Shown here: positions 25,701-40,700 of the stretch, piece after piece
How the letters are laid out: every line of letters starts with the position of its first letter
Position numbering within the stretch: position 1 is the stretch's first letter
Source of the DNA: PVC group bacterium (ex Bugula neritina AB1)
Lineage (GTDB): Bacteria; GCA-001730085
DNA: 64,000 nt
Reading direction: 5' to 3'
NCBI GenBank assembly: GCA_001730085.1
Contig: MDLB01000105.1
Location: forward strand, 69-64,068
Notes under the pieces: model-generated
What the model saw: only the letters and a program-made list of their open reading frames with translations
Databases searched by the model: none
What the model was told of the DNA's origin: nothing
Position numbers and translations under genes: made by a program

Positions 25701-28700
25701 TTTAATATCTGACAAATGATTTTTCCAAATATTTTCATACTCTTCAGAAAAAAGTTCATTCCCATACTCATCAAACTGAGCATCTTTTCTAAAGGTCGAT
25801 TTTTTCACAATAGCTCCCGTATTATCTATCGTACTTTTGTTCAAATGAGACATAATGATTTTCCCATTCAGATCATAAAGAAGATTAAGCTTTTTTAAGG
25901 AATTTATCTCATAAGGTTTATTCGGAGAGTCTGGTGTAAAATTCATCACTGTATCAAAAGTAAGTAAATCTCTATTATTGATATCCTTGACCGTCTGAAG
26001 CCTATGGCGTACTTCTTTGGAAAACTCACCTCCCCCTAGATAGGTCTCTTTCGTAGATGTGAACTCTCCCGCATTCATATGACTATCAAAACTGTAGTTT
26101 TCTACGGTTTCTCTAGATCTTAATAGACTTTTTTCAAAAACCTTAGTGCGCACTGCTCCATCATTTATATCTCCCCAATCGCTATCCAAAGCAAGCTCTT
26201 TATAGGTCAAATGAACCTGTTTCGATATCAACGCTTCTTCCATATCATAATCAATGTTTGTAACTGTATAATTAACAGTAGGCACTCCCAAGGTTTTTGA
26301 AGCACGTATAGAAGACTTTTCTTTACGCGCTTCATTATAATCCGTATAACTCACAAGGTTTTTATAAACCTCCTGTGCTTGCTGACCATCTCTTACTAAA
26401 TGCCTTTCTTTCAAAGAAAAACGTTTCAGACCATGCCAATTCTTACTGGGAATATTTTCATCATAAAAAGAATAATAACTATTAAGTGTTCTGGATAAAG
26501 AATAGTTATCCGGATCAGCAACTTTATCACCGGACATCTCTGATTCTTTAATAACAAAGTCTTTTTCAATAGCCTCTACAAGTCGACTACCACGAAATAT
26601 ACTTTCTTTGATTTTTTTGGATTGTAACTGGTAATCACTATCTCCCTCACCTAAACCTATTGGCTTAGAATTAACAAATAGCTCCGAAACTGTTTCTAGA
26701 GACCGCCCTCTCGGATCAAAAATGTTCATGTTGTCCACTTGATAATATCTGCGATTTTGATCTATGATTTTGCTATTCATCTCTTGATACATCGCAGAGT
26801 TGTCGAGATATGTTCCTCGTTCAGGATCAATCAAAATCAACGACTTGAGCCTATCTTCCATATTATACATATACGTATCAACACGTTTCTGAGTGATCCA
26901 GCCTGTACCTTGCTGACGTTTATATTCGACTTTATTCGTCATCCGGTCTAACTCAAACTCAGAACCCATGCTATCCTTTACATGAAGAGGTTCTGAAAAG
27001 TCTATCGTTTGATAAAAACTTATTTTTCGATTGAATTGGTCATATACAATATCATGTTCCAATTGGACGATCTCCGAATAAGAGTTTTGACGAGAAAGGT
27101 CAATATAACTATCTTTCTGTTTCCGTGTTTTTGTTATTTTAGCGCTTTCTTTCACGCGTCCAAAAGAATCATATTTGTATTGATTTTCCTCGATACGTTT
27201 AAGTTTATTGGTGAAAATCTCCCTCTGAGCAACGGACTTTTTAGAACCATCATAGGTACGCACTTCATCTTTCAAAACATAGTTTCTAAAGTAAGCACCA
27301 AGATATGCTTTTTCCAAAAATTTTCTTTCCACAAGATCCTTTTTTCCCTCTTCCATGCTAGGTCGATAGACATTAACAGCTTCTGATATTTTTAAACCAT
27401 TGGCGTTTTTGTTTATTATCGCTTCTTCATGTGAAACCTTGATCATTAAGTCATCATAACGTACTCTCATTTCCATTTGAGCAGTATCATCTGAACCATA
27501 TGCGAAAAACTTTGTTTGATTTCTTCCTTTGAACTCAACACACATTGTTGCCTTTAAGGCATTTTCCAAGGACTCATTCATCCCTTCTATCTGAATGAAA
27601 GCATCTCTCAAATCTTGAAAATTATTATAAGTCCACGCATATTTACCTTCACCTTTCGGAATAATCATGCCTGTATCTATCAATTTATCCAAAAGAGATT
27701 GATCATAATCTTTGGCTAAAAGCTCTCCATGTGAATGTATTGAGGTCTTTCTCATGAAAGCTTGGTCCAAAGACCTTACAGCAAAACTATCAAGACTCTG
27801 TTCACTTAAACGTCCTGTTTCGTAATACTTATAACTTCCTTTTTCAACTTTAGAAATGGTACCGCTTTCATCAGTAACAACCTTAAGGTTTTCTATTTTT
27901 CTAAAGTTTTCATAGGTATTTTTAATTTCTGTTATTTTTTGTAAGTTATTAGAAACAATCCCTACTTCTGGTGACCACTCCATCAAATCTTCATAATGAG
28001 TTACCCCTTTAAAGCTAGCATTTATGGTATGTCCATTCAAAGTGGTACTCATTTTTGAAAGATTATTGCTGTATGTGAAATATTTTTCTTCTGTATGATC
28101 TTCGTTATAACTTTTCAATGTTAAAGTTTCATTCAATCCATTGCCTTCCTCATAAACAACTTCTTTCATGATTTTGGCATTGGCTTCGGGGTCTTTGCTG
28201 CTATAACCTTTCCAGGATCTTTTGATATGTCTATGCGTCCCATCTTGAATGGCATCTTTACTTTGATAGATCAAGTTGTCAACCAGATCATATTTTCTCT
28301 CTATCTCTTCAACCAAGGTAGAATCTATCGAACTCGGTGGATTTTTGCTTTTGGAAATGACTTTTTCAAAAGTCAAACGATTGTATTGATCATAAGTTTT
28401 AAAAGATGTTGAGGACTTTCTAAGCCATGTTCCGGGTCCTGCCCAAGTGACTCTTCCTGTGATACCTTTAAAGCGCTTAGCCTCATCATATTTACCTTCT
28501 AAAAAGATATCATCAACAACTGTCCCATTTTTTTTGAGCCCCACTCTATTATCTTCTCTCAAATAATACGTATACTCTCCACTATTGATCATATGCCCAT
28601 TGATCAAAATAGGGTCTTCTCCAGGGGCTCTTTCTCTGATTTTACCTCTTGTTAAAATACTTTGATGTCCCCAAGAAAAAACATTCGCAAAAGATTTTAA

Positions 28701-31700
28701 CTCACCATCAACCAAGCGTTCTACTATTTTCAAGCCAACATTTTTGATCTCTTCTTGTTTATGGTTCTTGATACCATATTCTCCCGAGGGCTTAAGAAAA
28801 AAACTATACAGTCCCGTATTCAACGAATGTTCCGTATTAACATTTAAAAAGAAATTCTCATAACCTTCAGCCTTTATACTACCTAATAAACCACCTTTAA
28901 AAATTTCAATTGGAAGGTCATAGTGATACAGTATTTTACCTGTTGGAGCTAAAGAGCCATTGATCATTTCTCTCTCAAGAGTAACTCCCGGGATCTTTTG
29001 GCCATTAGAGTCTAATAAAACCATTTCGTCATTTTCATCAACAAAAAAAATAGAAGAGGAGAGGTCTATCGATTGTCTGCCTGGTCCAACGATAAAAGAT
29101 TTATTCTCCTCACTCTTTTTCATAAAACCATCCAAGTGCCCTTCCAAGTATTCACTAATATTTAAGTCAACAGGTGCCCCTTCTGGCCCATAAGGTTCAA
29201 ATTGATATCTTTGCAAGTAACCCGCATTATCTTGACTTAAACGTATGCTTTCTTCCTCATCACCTTCAAAGCTTGAAACACCATCAAAATCTAGAGCTTG
29301 CTTCCTTACCCATGTTTCTATATCTTCTTTAAGCTCCTCACCGTATTCATCGTAGGTGAATCGTGATATTTCTTTTCTAGAGACAGAAGAGTTTTGAATA
29401 ATACTCTTTCTTCTACGTTTCACTTTATCCGAAGCTCCTCCTGCAAAATGCTCAACCTCAGCGATTTCTTTACGTAAAAAATTCTTGTAGTCACTATCGT
29501 TATAAATATTTTCTTCAATTTTTTTCTCGTTTAAGAAAGCATCATACGTTGATATAACACTTTTCCATGTATCTATTTCATTAGGCGGGTTAACTGTTTT
29601 GGTTTTTATATGAATTTTTTTCTCTTTAGCCATCAGATCTGGGGTATAAGAAATATAATCAGTCGTCGTGACTCTCTCGAAGCTCTCTTGCCTCAAGCGT
29701 CTAATACTCCCGTTTTCATTGTAGCTTTTGATCATCAAAGAAAAAGGTTTTCCTTTTCCAGCAATAACCTTCCCATCCCTCGTTCTTCTGTGCTCTTGTC
29801 GGACTTCTCTCCTATGTTTATCATAGGTATAGCTAACCGTATCTTCTTCTAAAAGAGCTGTCACAATGTCTGGCCTCTCAATAGTTTCTTTTTCTAAAAG
29901 ACTTTCATCAAAAACAAAATCGTCAATGTTTTCTTCAATCAAAAGTCCTCTATCATAAATCGCACGTATCGTCGAAAGCCTAGGTTTCTCTCCTTCTCCT
30001 CTCATTGCTGTGATGATATTAGTAGCTTTCCCTTGACCGTTAAAATCTTTATTCCATATGACTTTCTCAGCCTTTAATAGAAAAGGTTCTTCATTAAGAG
30101 TTGTTTCTTTTTTAATATGTTGCTTTTCAACTCGACCTCTATGATCATATTTATAAGATTCCATTTGAAGGTGAGGCATATCTGTCAAACGCTCACCTCT
30201 ATATGTCCTTTTTTCTAAGGAATCACCAAAAATATTATACGAGTCAAAAAAAGTTTTACTAAAAATTTTACCTCTATCAGGGTAGTATATACTCCTAACT
30301 TCTTCTTTCAACCTCCCGGTCGCATCATGAAAAAGATTCTCTGTAACCTCTTCTTTATAGGCTACATCTGTCTGAATTGGGGAATAGCTTTTGGTATCTT
30401 TAGACGCCACAAAGTGGCTCTCTTTGTCGAAGCGATACGTATTCGTGATGATCACTTTTTCTTCTGGAACGTCTTTCTCTCCTGTCAAACCATTTTTAGG
30501 ATAATACCGTTTTTCTGTTTGAAAAACGCGTCCAAATCTATCTTGTGTTATTATTTCTCTTTCTTTGCTTAAACGATCACCTGTATCTGTCAAAGACTCT
30601 GTAACTTTTTCTTGGACTTCACCATTATCATAGTAAGATTCAAAATCAACGCGTTTTTGATCCCATAAATATAGATCCTTTTCTAAACCTGTATCCGTAT
30701 AGTAAGTTTTACGCATTTCCTGTGTCGCAAAACCCTTCTGACCTATAAAAGTTTCCATATCATATGTTTTATCAACAACCTCAACAAAAGATATCTCTCT
30801 TCCTCGATCTCTTTGGGTTGTACGTACAGATGTTTCCAGGTGATTCTGATCATATGAGCGAATATTTTCCACTTCCGAAGATAAAAATCCAGCAATGTAT
30901 GTCCCGTCTGATTGATCAAGTTGAGCTTCTTCGTAGATTTTTAAATTGTCTTCCAGAAGTAACCAACCTTTATCGGAATATTTTGAACGCGTTATTTCTG
31001 CTTTCGAAGTCGAACCTAAACCACTGCTCCAATTTGTTGTTTGCCAAGCATTACCATGAACATCTAGGTTATGTCTCCAAACATGTCTATCTATAACTAT
31101 TGATGAACCTGAAAAAGTGGAACGGTTTTTCTCAACAATCACCCTTTCAGAATGATCATATGTTTTGGAAGACTCAACTATCGTCGAAACGTTTTGATGA
31201 TCCTCTCCATAATAAGATTTTGTGCTATTTAAAAGATTATCAAAGTGATCATAAGTGTTATATCTCTCTTGATGTATCAACCGCCAATAGGTTTCTGGCT
31301 TTTGTAAATCCAGACTTTCATTCATTCTCATCCTGAATTTTTTATCAACCAATTCTTCGACTTTACGACCCGTCACATCATCATAAACATACGAAATCTT
31401 CTCAACAGACTCCGTTTGCTCATCTTTTTCTAAAAGATTTGTGACCGTTTTCGTTGCTGATTCAACAAAATGCTCTAAAAAAATACCGTATTTAAAGTCG
31501 TAAACAGTGACCTCTTTTTGATAAGGAGAGTCATCGGCATCATTTGAAAATCTAGCATAATGGTGAATAGTTTTGGATTTTTTTCGATCAAACGCATCAT
31601 ACCTGATATCTTCTTGATATTTTTCAATACGGTTTTGAAAACCATTTTGATCATTATAGCGTTCAACCATTTTACTTATCACACGGTTATTATCATCATG

Positions 31701-34700
31701 AAGAAGGTTTGAAATGGTTCTTGTTTCTTTCAATTCTTTAGGCGAATTTTCATCCAACTGAAAATAGATTTTATCAGTTGTTCTTAAAGCAAGACCCTTT
31801 GACCTTAAAAGATCATTGGTATAATCTTTATAAGAGTCTGTAACATTTTTGATAATTTGAATCCTTGACTTCAAAGATGCCAAAACCTTTTTTAGTGTAA
31901 GAAACCTTTGATCCGAAGGATTCATCTGTATCAAATCTACGAGATCATTGATCATTTCTGAAAGATTTTTTGCATTAGAGATATCATTGAAACTGACAAT
32001 ACCCGTGTCACTCGCTAATTGCTTAAGAAGGTCTTGAGTATCAGAGAAAGATATATTTGACTGGCTTACATCTTGCGCAAAAGCTTTCACAAGAAGATCC
32101 TTTTCTAAGATCGTCGCTTTAGCTGCAACAACAGCTTCATAAAGAGAGCGATACGTGTATTTTCTTTCTGCTAATTTTCGCAACTCATCAATAACATCGT
32201 CAATGGTACCGTTTGCAGCATCAATCACTGGTTGCAAATCATTGTTTTCAGTTAATCTCATGTTTTCTGCTATCAATAAGTTTTGAATATCTTTCAAGTT
32301 ATTCGCTTGCACCAAGTCTCTCGATATGTTTGAAAGTAACGGCGTATACTCTATTGTTCTTCTAGAAGTTTCAAGGTTCCAAGCATTATAAGCAAGATCT
32401 CCATTATCTTTACGAAAGCTAATATGACTTTTACTTTTCATAAGATCTTTCTTCAGTTGGATGTTGCGATAATCATTAGTATCATCAATAATCGAAGACA
32501 ACGAACCGTAAACTTCTATGAACTCATCTGTTTTTAGACCTGTTTCAAGATCATAGTTAAACTTTTCTTCTGTGATCGTCTTTTCTGTTCCGTGTCCAGA
32601 ACCTTCAGAAATCTTATGAAGAGCTTTACCTCGAATATCAAAACCTAATGTCCATTTCTTTTCCGAAACAATATTTGTCCCCTCTTGAGCAAGAGAGCCT
32701 TCATATGTTACACGTTGATCCTTGTTATACCTGTAAGTCGTTAAGGCGGTAGAAACTTTTGACTTATCAAAGTTTGAACGGTCAATCTTATTCGTCAAAA
32801 CATTACCAAACTGGTCAAATGTCAATTTTTGAACTTCTTGTCTATTAAATAAAAAATCATTTTTATTCAAATATTCTTCGGTACTTCTACGTTGATACGT
32901 CTCAGTTTTTTCATAAACATTTTGTAACTGAGCGTTATATCTCCATGACTTAGTTATTTCTCTTTTTTTATAGCCAGTATAAGGAGAAGCCCCTTTTTCA
33001 TGAAAGAAGTTATAAGCATCTAAGTCATTAGCCATCTCTCTAAACTCAAAAGATGTTTCTGTTTCTTTGCTCAGATTTCGATTTTTGCTCTCATAAAGGT
33101 ACTCATTCTTCTTTATGATAGACTCAACCGGACTTTCTTCTTCCAAACTATGATTCCCATATCTATCTGTAAAAATCAATCTCTCTCGATCATATTTATC
33201 ATAAAAAATATGATCTCTCGCTCTTGAAAGATAATACTTATTAGTAGCTAGAGGATTAGCTTTTTGATTATCATCACGAAGAATAAAACGACTTTGAGTT
33301 CTATCCGTCACTCGTCCGTAATCATCGTATGTATTAAATAATGAAATCGAGCTATCCCTATATATCTCTCTACCTGAACCAGGATCCCATACAAAGTGAT
33401 CAACCATCTCTTCACTCATATGACCCAAAGCTCCTGAGTCCAAACGGGAGTTATAATAAAATTTATGAGCATAGTCTATCCCCAAAACCGTCGAGGTATT
33501 AACGTCACCCCCTCCATATTTTGTTGTTTTTCTAGAGACTTCTCTGTCCCAATCATCATAAAGGACGTCTGAAATAAGGTCTCTTTTTTGAATAAGACCG
33601 GAAACGTCGGATATTTTGACATTCTTATCTCTAATGTTAAGTTCTCTTCCTTTTATGTTAACTTTTTGTCCATAATGAACACTTTCTTCCTGAATCAGTC
33701 GATTACCTCCTTGTGAATAGTCATAAGATCTCTCGATTGTTTTCAGGCTTCCTATCGATCCATTACCAGAGGTATACTCCAGCATTTTTTCGACATTCCC
33801 ACCTCTATCATAGGATTCCATCCATTCAACTTTCACAGACACCCTACTATCTCGCGATTCTCCCCATTTCGTTGTCTGTATTTGTTTAGAGATTTGCCCA
33901 TTTTCATTCCTAAAAGAGTGGATCTGATCGATTTGATCTCCCTCTTTTTTTGTATAAATTTCTCGACGATCCAAAGCATCAAATTTCAAAACACGAGATA
34001 CTGTTTCTGTCTCAAAATAGGTTTCCGAGTTAGCAGTATTATTCATAAGGATATTTTTTTCTTGTTTTCTTCTTTGTCTTTCTACCCTTTCAACCTCTCT
34101 TTGATACTCATCGTGCTTCAAAGAAATATCAAGCTTCATGATCATATTGCCTTGATTAAACCCTTCGTTATTTTTAGAGTTTTTCCAAGTGTAGTGTATC
34201 TCCTCTTTCTTTTGAAAGAGATCATTTTCTAAGCCTTTATATTTATGGTCTTTATAGTTAATAACAACATACCTAAAACCCATATCATCTGAGCCATTCT
34301 TATAAAATACCTTTTTCTTTTCCGACATCTTTCTACCAAAAACATCTCGATCAATGTCATAGATACGCTCTTTACTCAAGCGCTTACCAGAGAAGCTAAG
34401 AGACTCAGAGGTAACACCAACTTCCAAGCCTTTTTCATCATAGACATAATCTGAATAGACCTGTTGCCCTTGTGGTTGATAAGAAAGCCCTATGATCGAA
34501 GTAAAATCTTCACTTTCTTTATAAGTAGCATATGCTTTCGAATCTTCAATGATTGCTCTCGTGTGTATTTTCTTTGTAAGTTTTCCTGAATCCAAGCTTC
34601 TAGCTTCATCATTTTGATACTCAAAAATATCTGTATTCTTGGATAAAGCACCCTCTTTGAATTGATATGAAACTTGTTCGATAGTTCTACCTGCCAGGTC

Positions 34701-37700
34701 TTTTTCCTCTTTCAAAATCTGACGACTTTCCCACTCCCCTCTTTGAATAATATGTCCAAAATCAGAGATTTTCGACCTTCTCTCGTTTCTATCAAAATAT
34801 TTATTAAAAGTTTTCCAAATCAAATCAAAATCTTCTGCCGTGACTTTTTGTCCAAGTTTTAAATAAGCCTCTTCTTTAAACATCTTCTTGAGACCATCTT
34901 TCAAAAGGTTCTTATTCGACATGCTCCAAGAAACCGTTTCATCTCTTTCTTGAATAAGGTTATATTTTTTAAGGTTTTGATAAAGACCTGTCGGTAAGGT
35001 ATCAAAGACTTTTTTATAAATAATATTTTGGGTTTTGTCGGTATTCCAAACAGTTTTCTTTGGATCACTTTGATCACTCCAAAGAGATAACACTTCTTGA
35101 TAAGTATCATAATCATTTGCTTTCCAAATAAAATGATCAGAACCATCTTCTTCAAGAAGACCTTCTTGTATCCATGGGGACATATCCCAAGAAGATAAGT
35201 CCGAAGCTAACAGTCGAAAGGGATTATTCGCAACAAGAGTGTTCCCTCCGAAAGTTGTGATATCTTGAACTTTAGCTCTATTGAAAGAGTCAAACTCTAA
35301 AACCTTTGTTTCTTTTACCTTTCTCTTCGACCCCATTCCCTCGGAGATATCAACCGTGCGATAAATACGATCCATATGATCATATTCATAAAAACTCTCC
35401 AATGTCTGTAAGGTTACTAATTCTCCACTCTTAACCTCAATGGCTTTTCTCTTCACTTTTTCATGTATCTTAAAATTATAGGCATTGTATCTGATATTTT
35501 TTTCTTCTAAAGAAATGGCATTCTCTTTATGGGTTGTAAAAATTTTGTTTAAGGATAAGAAAGATTCATAAATGGTCGAGTAAACTTCTTTTTCATTCCT
35601 TAAACGATTCAAAAACCCAACCATATTACGCATATCATTTTGAGCTAACATTTCTTGATAAGCCTCTTCCTCTAACTCAGCTTCTTTAAGGATGTTTTTA
35701 GCTTCAATAAAGTTTTCTGCTAGCGAAAGCTCTTTAAAAACTCTATTCAATCTATCATTGACTAAATCTTCATTAAGCTTAAAAGCTCTTAGTGCCAAAT
35801 AAATAGACTCATACTCTTTACGGTCTAAACGCAAGTTATTCAAAAAATTTAAAAGACTATCCAGATCATTCATCGCCATAACAGAAATCAAATCAGGATC
35901 TTTTTGAAGGTTACGGAATCTTAATAAAATATCTTTGATTTCTGTAAAACTTTCACTTTGCAAGATTTTTCTAGCAAAAGCTTTATATCTAGCAATATCT
36001 TCAAGAGATGGATCGTAGGTATAAATATGACTTGTGACTGGCTGATTCAAATGGTCAAAATCTGTATGAACTGTTTTTTGATGACTCACAAGATTACCTC
36101 TAAAAAAACCTTGATTTAAATCAAAGTAAGAGTCCTGTAAATCCTCTGGCCGTGGTCTATAGACTTTCTGAACTTCTTCCACAAGCCTATTAGACATAAA
36201 AGCGTCATCATATTTCTTTTCGAAAACATGCTTTTCCCAGACGTTATCATATTTCTTGATAACTTCTTCTCGTGTTTCTTCTCTATTAAAATTATCATAC
36301 GTCAACCTTATTTTTTTAGCTTCTATCTCTTTCCACGTAGATGTTGCTGCCTCAAATACCTTTTGGCTTACCTCTTTTTCTACCACTTGATCATGCTCAT
36401 CATAAGATAAGAACTTTGACTCTTCTCGTTGCTTCAAAATCCAAGATCCGGAACTTTTCTCCCAGCCATATTCATCTATTTGCTTAGAAGTGAATCGATT
36501 TAAAGAGTCATATTCATTGGTTGTAACCCGCCTATTATGCTTCGACCACGAAGATAACGTGGAATCATAATGCAAAACATCCAAAGTTTCTTCGTGAACC
36601 AACTCATTGGGGTCTGAGTCTGTCTTATAAACATTTTTTTGGATCAATCGACGGCGCTCTGTATTCATTCGAGAAACATCATTTTCTGTATTTTTTTCAT
36701 ATTCTATGGTTAAAACTTCTGTAGCTCTACCTAGATTGTCAAAGGTATATCTTTTTCGAGCTTTAGATCTATCCACAGGTAAGCCTAAAACTTCAGATAT
36801 GACCTGTCCTTCCCATTGACTTTCAATATCAGCAACAACTGCATCCTGAACGTTCATTTTAGAAACAATAGCCTCTTTGACAACATCGAAAAGACTTATA
36901 CCCAAGTGATTTATAAGAGAGTTTGCAGGTAAACCCCAAAATCCCCTTAAAAAATTAGAAAATGTTGAAATCACCATCGTTTTAAAGGACTGTCCGTCTA
37001 TAAAGCCTCGAACCCAATTATAAAAACCCTTTTTAAAAGCTTCAAAAAGTTTGGGAAGTCCAATTTTTCTTTCACGATGGGTCAAAGTGTCTTGGCTTGC
37101 ACGTGATGTTACGTCGTACACTTGATGATATAAACCATCAGTATCTCTATCATTTTTTTGTAAAATGCGTAACCTTCTAAGTAGTTCTTCTTGCATATCA
37201 TCTGCTGTTATAAATTGCTTACCGGAAACGTTCTCTCCTGAGCGAAGTTGTAAAACACTATCAAAAATTTCTTCCCCATATTTGGTTGTAACAATAGAGT
37301 GAGATAAAGCTTGGCCCATCGTGTTATAAATATAATCATCATACTCTTCAAGGGAAACTCTGCTCCCATACATATCAAACTTTGAAGTCACTTTATGCGT
37401 TGTTTTTTCGAATAAGTTATATCTAAAATCAAAGTCGGATGAAGCATCTATCAAGGTTTTGTCATAAATCCTATTTCCATCTTCATCCAAAATGATCGAC
37501 CCATTTTCATATGTTCGCATAGTAAAGTTATATAGATATTGCTCTCTTCCTTTAAGAAGTCCTGTTTTTTCATTATAAATATTAGCGACTTCTTCTTCCT
37601 TTTGAAGACCAAAAATCCTATAAGCTTTGATATTATCATCATAAAAAAAGTCTTCTCCGGTTTGTGTCACTCTTCCCGATTGACGACCACTAACCGCATA

Positions 37701-40700
37701 GGTATAGTTATGAATAATAGCTCTCTTGAGTATCTTTTGATCTTCATGAAAAAATTTCCATTCACGATTACTCAAAAGTTGCCCTAATTCCGAATAAACA
37801 TGATCAAAAGTTTTTATCTCTTTACGTGACAAATAGTCTATCTGATGATTTGTCTCTACTTTCAAATTTTCATCATATGTCAATATTTTTCTGGAATCTT
37901 TCGTTTTTGTGAAGTTTTGAAAAAGTGCCTGTTCATCAATTTGATATGTATCCTCAGTCATTTTTGGTAACTGATTCTCGCTTAAAAAAAGAACACCATC
38001 TTTTTGATAACTTTTTTCATAAAGATCTGTAACCATTCCACGTGAGTCAAATTCACGAAACTCTTTCAATGTTATCTCTGTTTTTCCTACAAGATGAATT
38101 TTTTCATAAAGTTCAATTAAGTAAGAAAACTTTTCGAACGGATCCACAATCCAAGAGCCATCACCTCTAAGCGTATGTATATTGTAAGCTTGCATAGTAG
38201 GAACTAACTCTGCAGCTAAATCCTTTAGCTCCATCAAGTGAGCGTTCTTATTTTTAATCATCTCTTCAGAGGGTAAAAGGGGTTTATTTAACAAAATTTT
38301 GTTAGCAACTTCAGCTTCCTCAATGCTAAAAACATCATTTTGATGAAGCTCTGACAATAGCAGTTTGTACCTTGTCAAGCTGTTTAAAAGATCAGGGTTT
38401 TCTGAAGTGAAGCGTTTAAGATTCATCAAAAAGTTTGTATTCAGTTTCTGCCTAATAGGGAATGCTTTCGGGTTAGAGAGTGAAGAAAAATCGAGCTTTT
38501 CAAGGATTTGATTAAGAGAGATCTCCTCGCGTATAACAAACCCATGATCAACCTGATCTTTTATGTTATAAAGATACGGGCCAAAAAGCCCTTTGATAAA
38601 CTTGTTCTTATCTACGACTGTTAAACCTTTAAAGCTATCCATCCACGCATTGAAAGCAGCTTTAACACCTTGGATTTCTGGATAATTTTGCCCTGTCAAA
38701 ATCCCTCTGATTTTTCTCAAATCACTTTTATTCAAATCTGAAAGACTTTTTAATATATTTTGCAAATTTTTTAACTTTGAAGCAAAATAGTCCAAGGCTT
38801 CTTGCTTAGGCTTCGAGTAATCGTTATCATATAAAAAATATTTTTCTAAAACCTCACGAGACATCGAAGAGTCCCAATTTAAAGAAACCTCTTCTCCATC
38901 ATCTTTTTTACCAAGATTAAAACCTTCAGGCAATAACTCTGTTTCATAAACTTGAGCATAGCTTCCCTCATCTAGCACCACTTCATACTCTTTAGCTTTT
39001 CTTTTGAAATTATAATTGAAAGTGTTTTTACTATACTGCAAAGTTTCCCATAAACGGTTTTCAATATTATCAGCTAGATTAAGCTTAGCCTTAAACTCTT
39101 CCTCTGTGTCATCAATAGCATCCTCACTCCATGTGCTATGAGGTATCCCTTCTATATAATAGTCAATCAATCCGACAGATAATAAGTCTCTTTTAGGATC
39201 AACCCCAAACGGTAACTCATAAGAAGAAGTGCTCAGATCCAAGTTGATCGATTTTTTATGATAATCATAGATCACCTCTTTCACTTTTTTCTGAGAAAAA
39301 GCATAGGCGTCTTCATCGTCCGCAAAACGATATTTTGACCGGCGAGACATATCCCATAAAACCTGTCCATCATCATCATATTTGCGTTCATTTTCTATTT
39401 TTATCTCATCTTTATAATATTGACCTCCATCAAATGAAACATCTTTGATCTGACCCCAACGGTCATACTGTCTAGAAAGAGATACAGAAGAAGTTATAAG
39501 ACCTGTGTTATCTCCTCCTGTCTTCTTTTCATCATCATAGGTATCATAATGAAACGCATAAAAATAAACTTTTCCTGTGAGACCGATAATATTCCCTCGA
39601 TCATCTTGTGTTGTTTCCAAAAAGATATCATTCAGTATATTCCCTTGCGCATCTTTGATACCGATTTTATTATCGGGACGAAGAAAATAACTCATCTGTC
39701 CATTATTTAAAACATGCTTACCAATTCTCACAAAATCTTCCGGTAAGCTTGCCGAAGAGATTATTCCTCCATCAATATCAAAAGGAGCATCAAATGAAAG
39801 TGAAACAGGATTGTTATTTTGATCTTGAAGCTCTTTCAAGTTAACCCTAAATTCATCTTCTCTTATATTAACTATTGTTTTTCCATTTTTATCATATTCG
39901 TACCTTCTCGATATATCAAAAATTTTGTTTGCCTTCGCGTAATCTGTTTTTTTGACTTTTATGAATTTTTTACCATAAGGATCATACCCTCTTTCAAAAC
40001 TGGCAAGAAGTTGCCCATTATGATCATACGCTCCTTCATTGATTTGATATCTATCGTAAAAAAGAGCCCTTTCATCAAAAGCTCTCCCTGTTCCTAAAGC
40101 TTTTTCACTTTCCGGGTCCGTCAAAAACTCTGGAAGATCGAAATCAATACGACTTTTATCAAAAGCTAACCAAATAACATCTTCTGTCCTAGCCCCATTG
40201 TTAATACGATCTTCACGTTTTTTAATCAAGCGTCCTTGATCATCGTATCCCATGTCCCATGTGTAACGGAGAGAAACGTTATTAGCTGAATCATAAGTTT
40301 TCACATTTTCTGATATCCTTTGCCCTAAGCGGTTATATGCTATAGAAGAATATTCTGTTTGACTAATAAGATCACCTTGATCAATAAAGTCGTGATAAGA
40401 GAGTAATTGTCCATTTCGGTTATAAACCATTTTATCTCTACGGAAAGACTTCGAAACCCCGCCCTCTTTTTCTTCTTTATCTAAAAAGATATTTTGTCCA
40501 AGATCGTTATATCTCATATCCTTAACAAAAGTTGAAAAAGGTTTATCTTCACTGTTATAGCCGTCTTCAATGTAGCTCCTTAAACGCCCCCACAAATCAT
40601 ACTTAGTATCTTTACGTCGCGTCCGGATTTTAATATTTGGAGCAGCACTACTCGTGATTTGATCAAAATACCCAACCATTTGGTTCGCGACATTGTAATG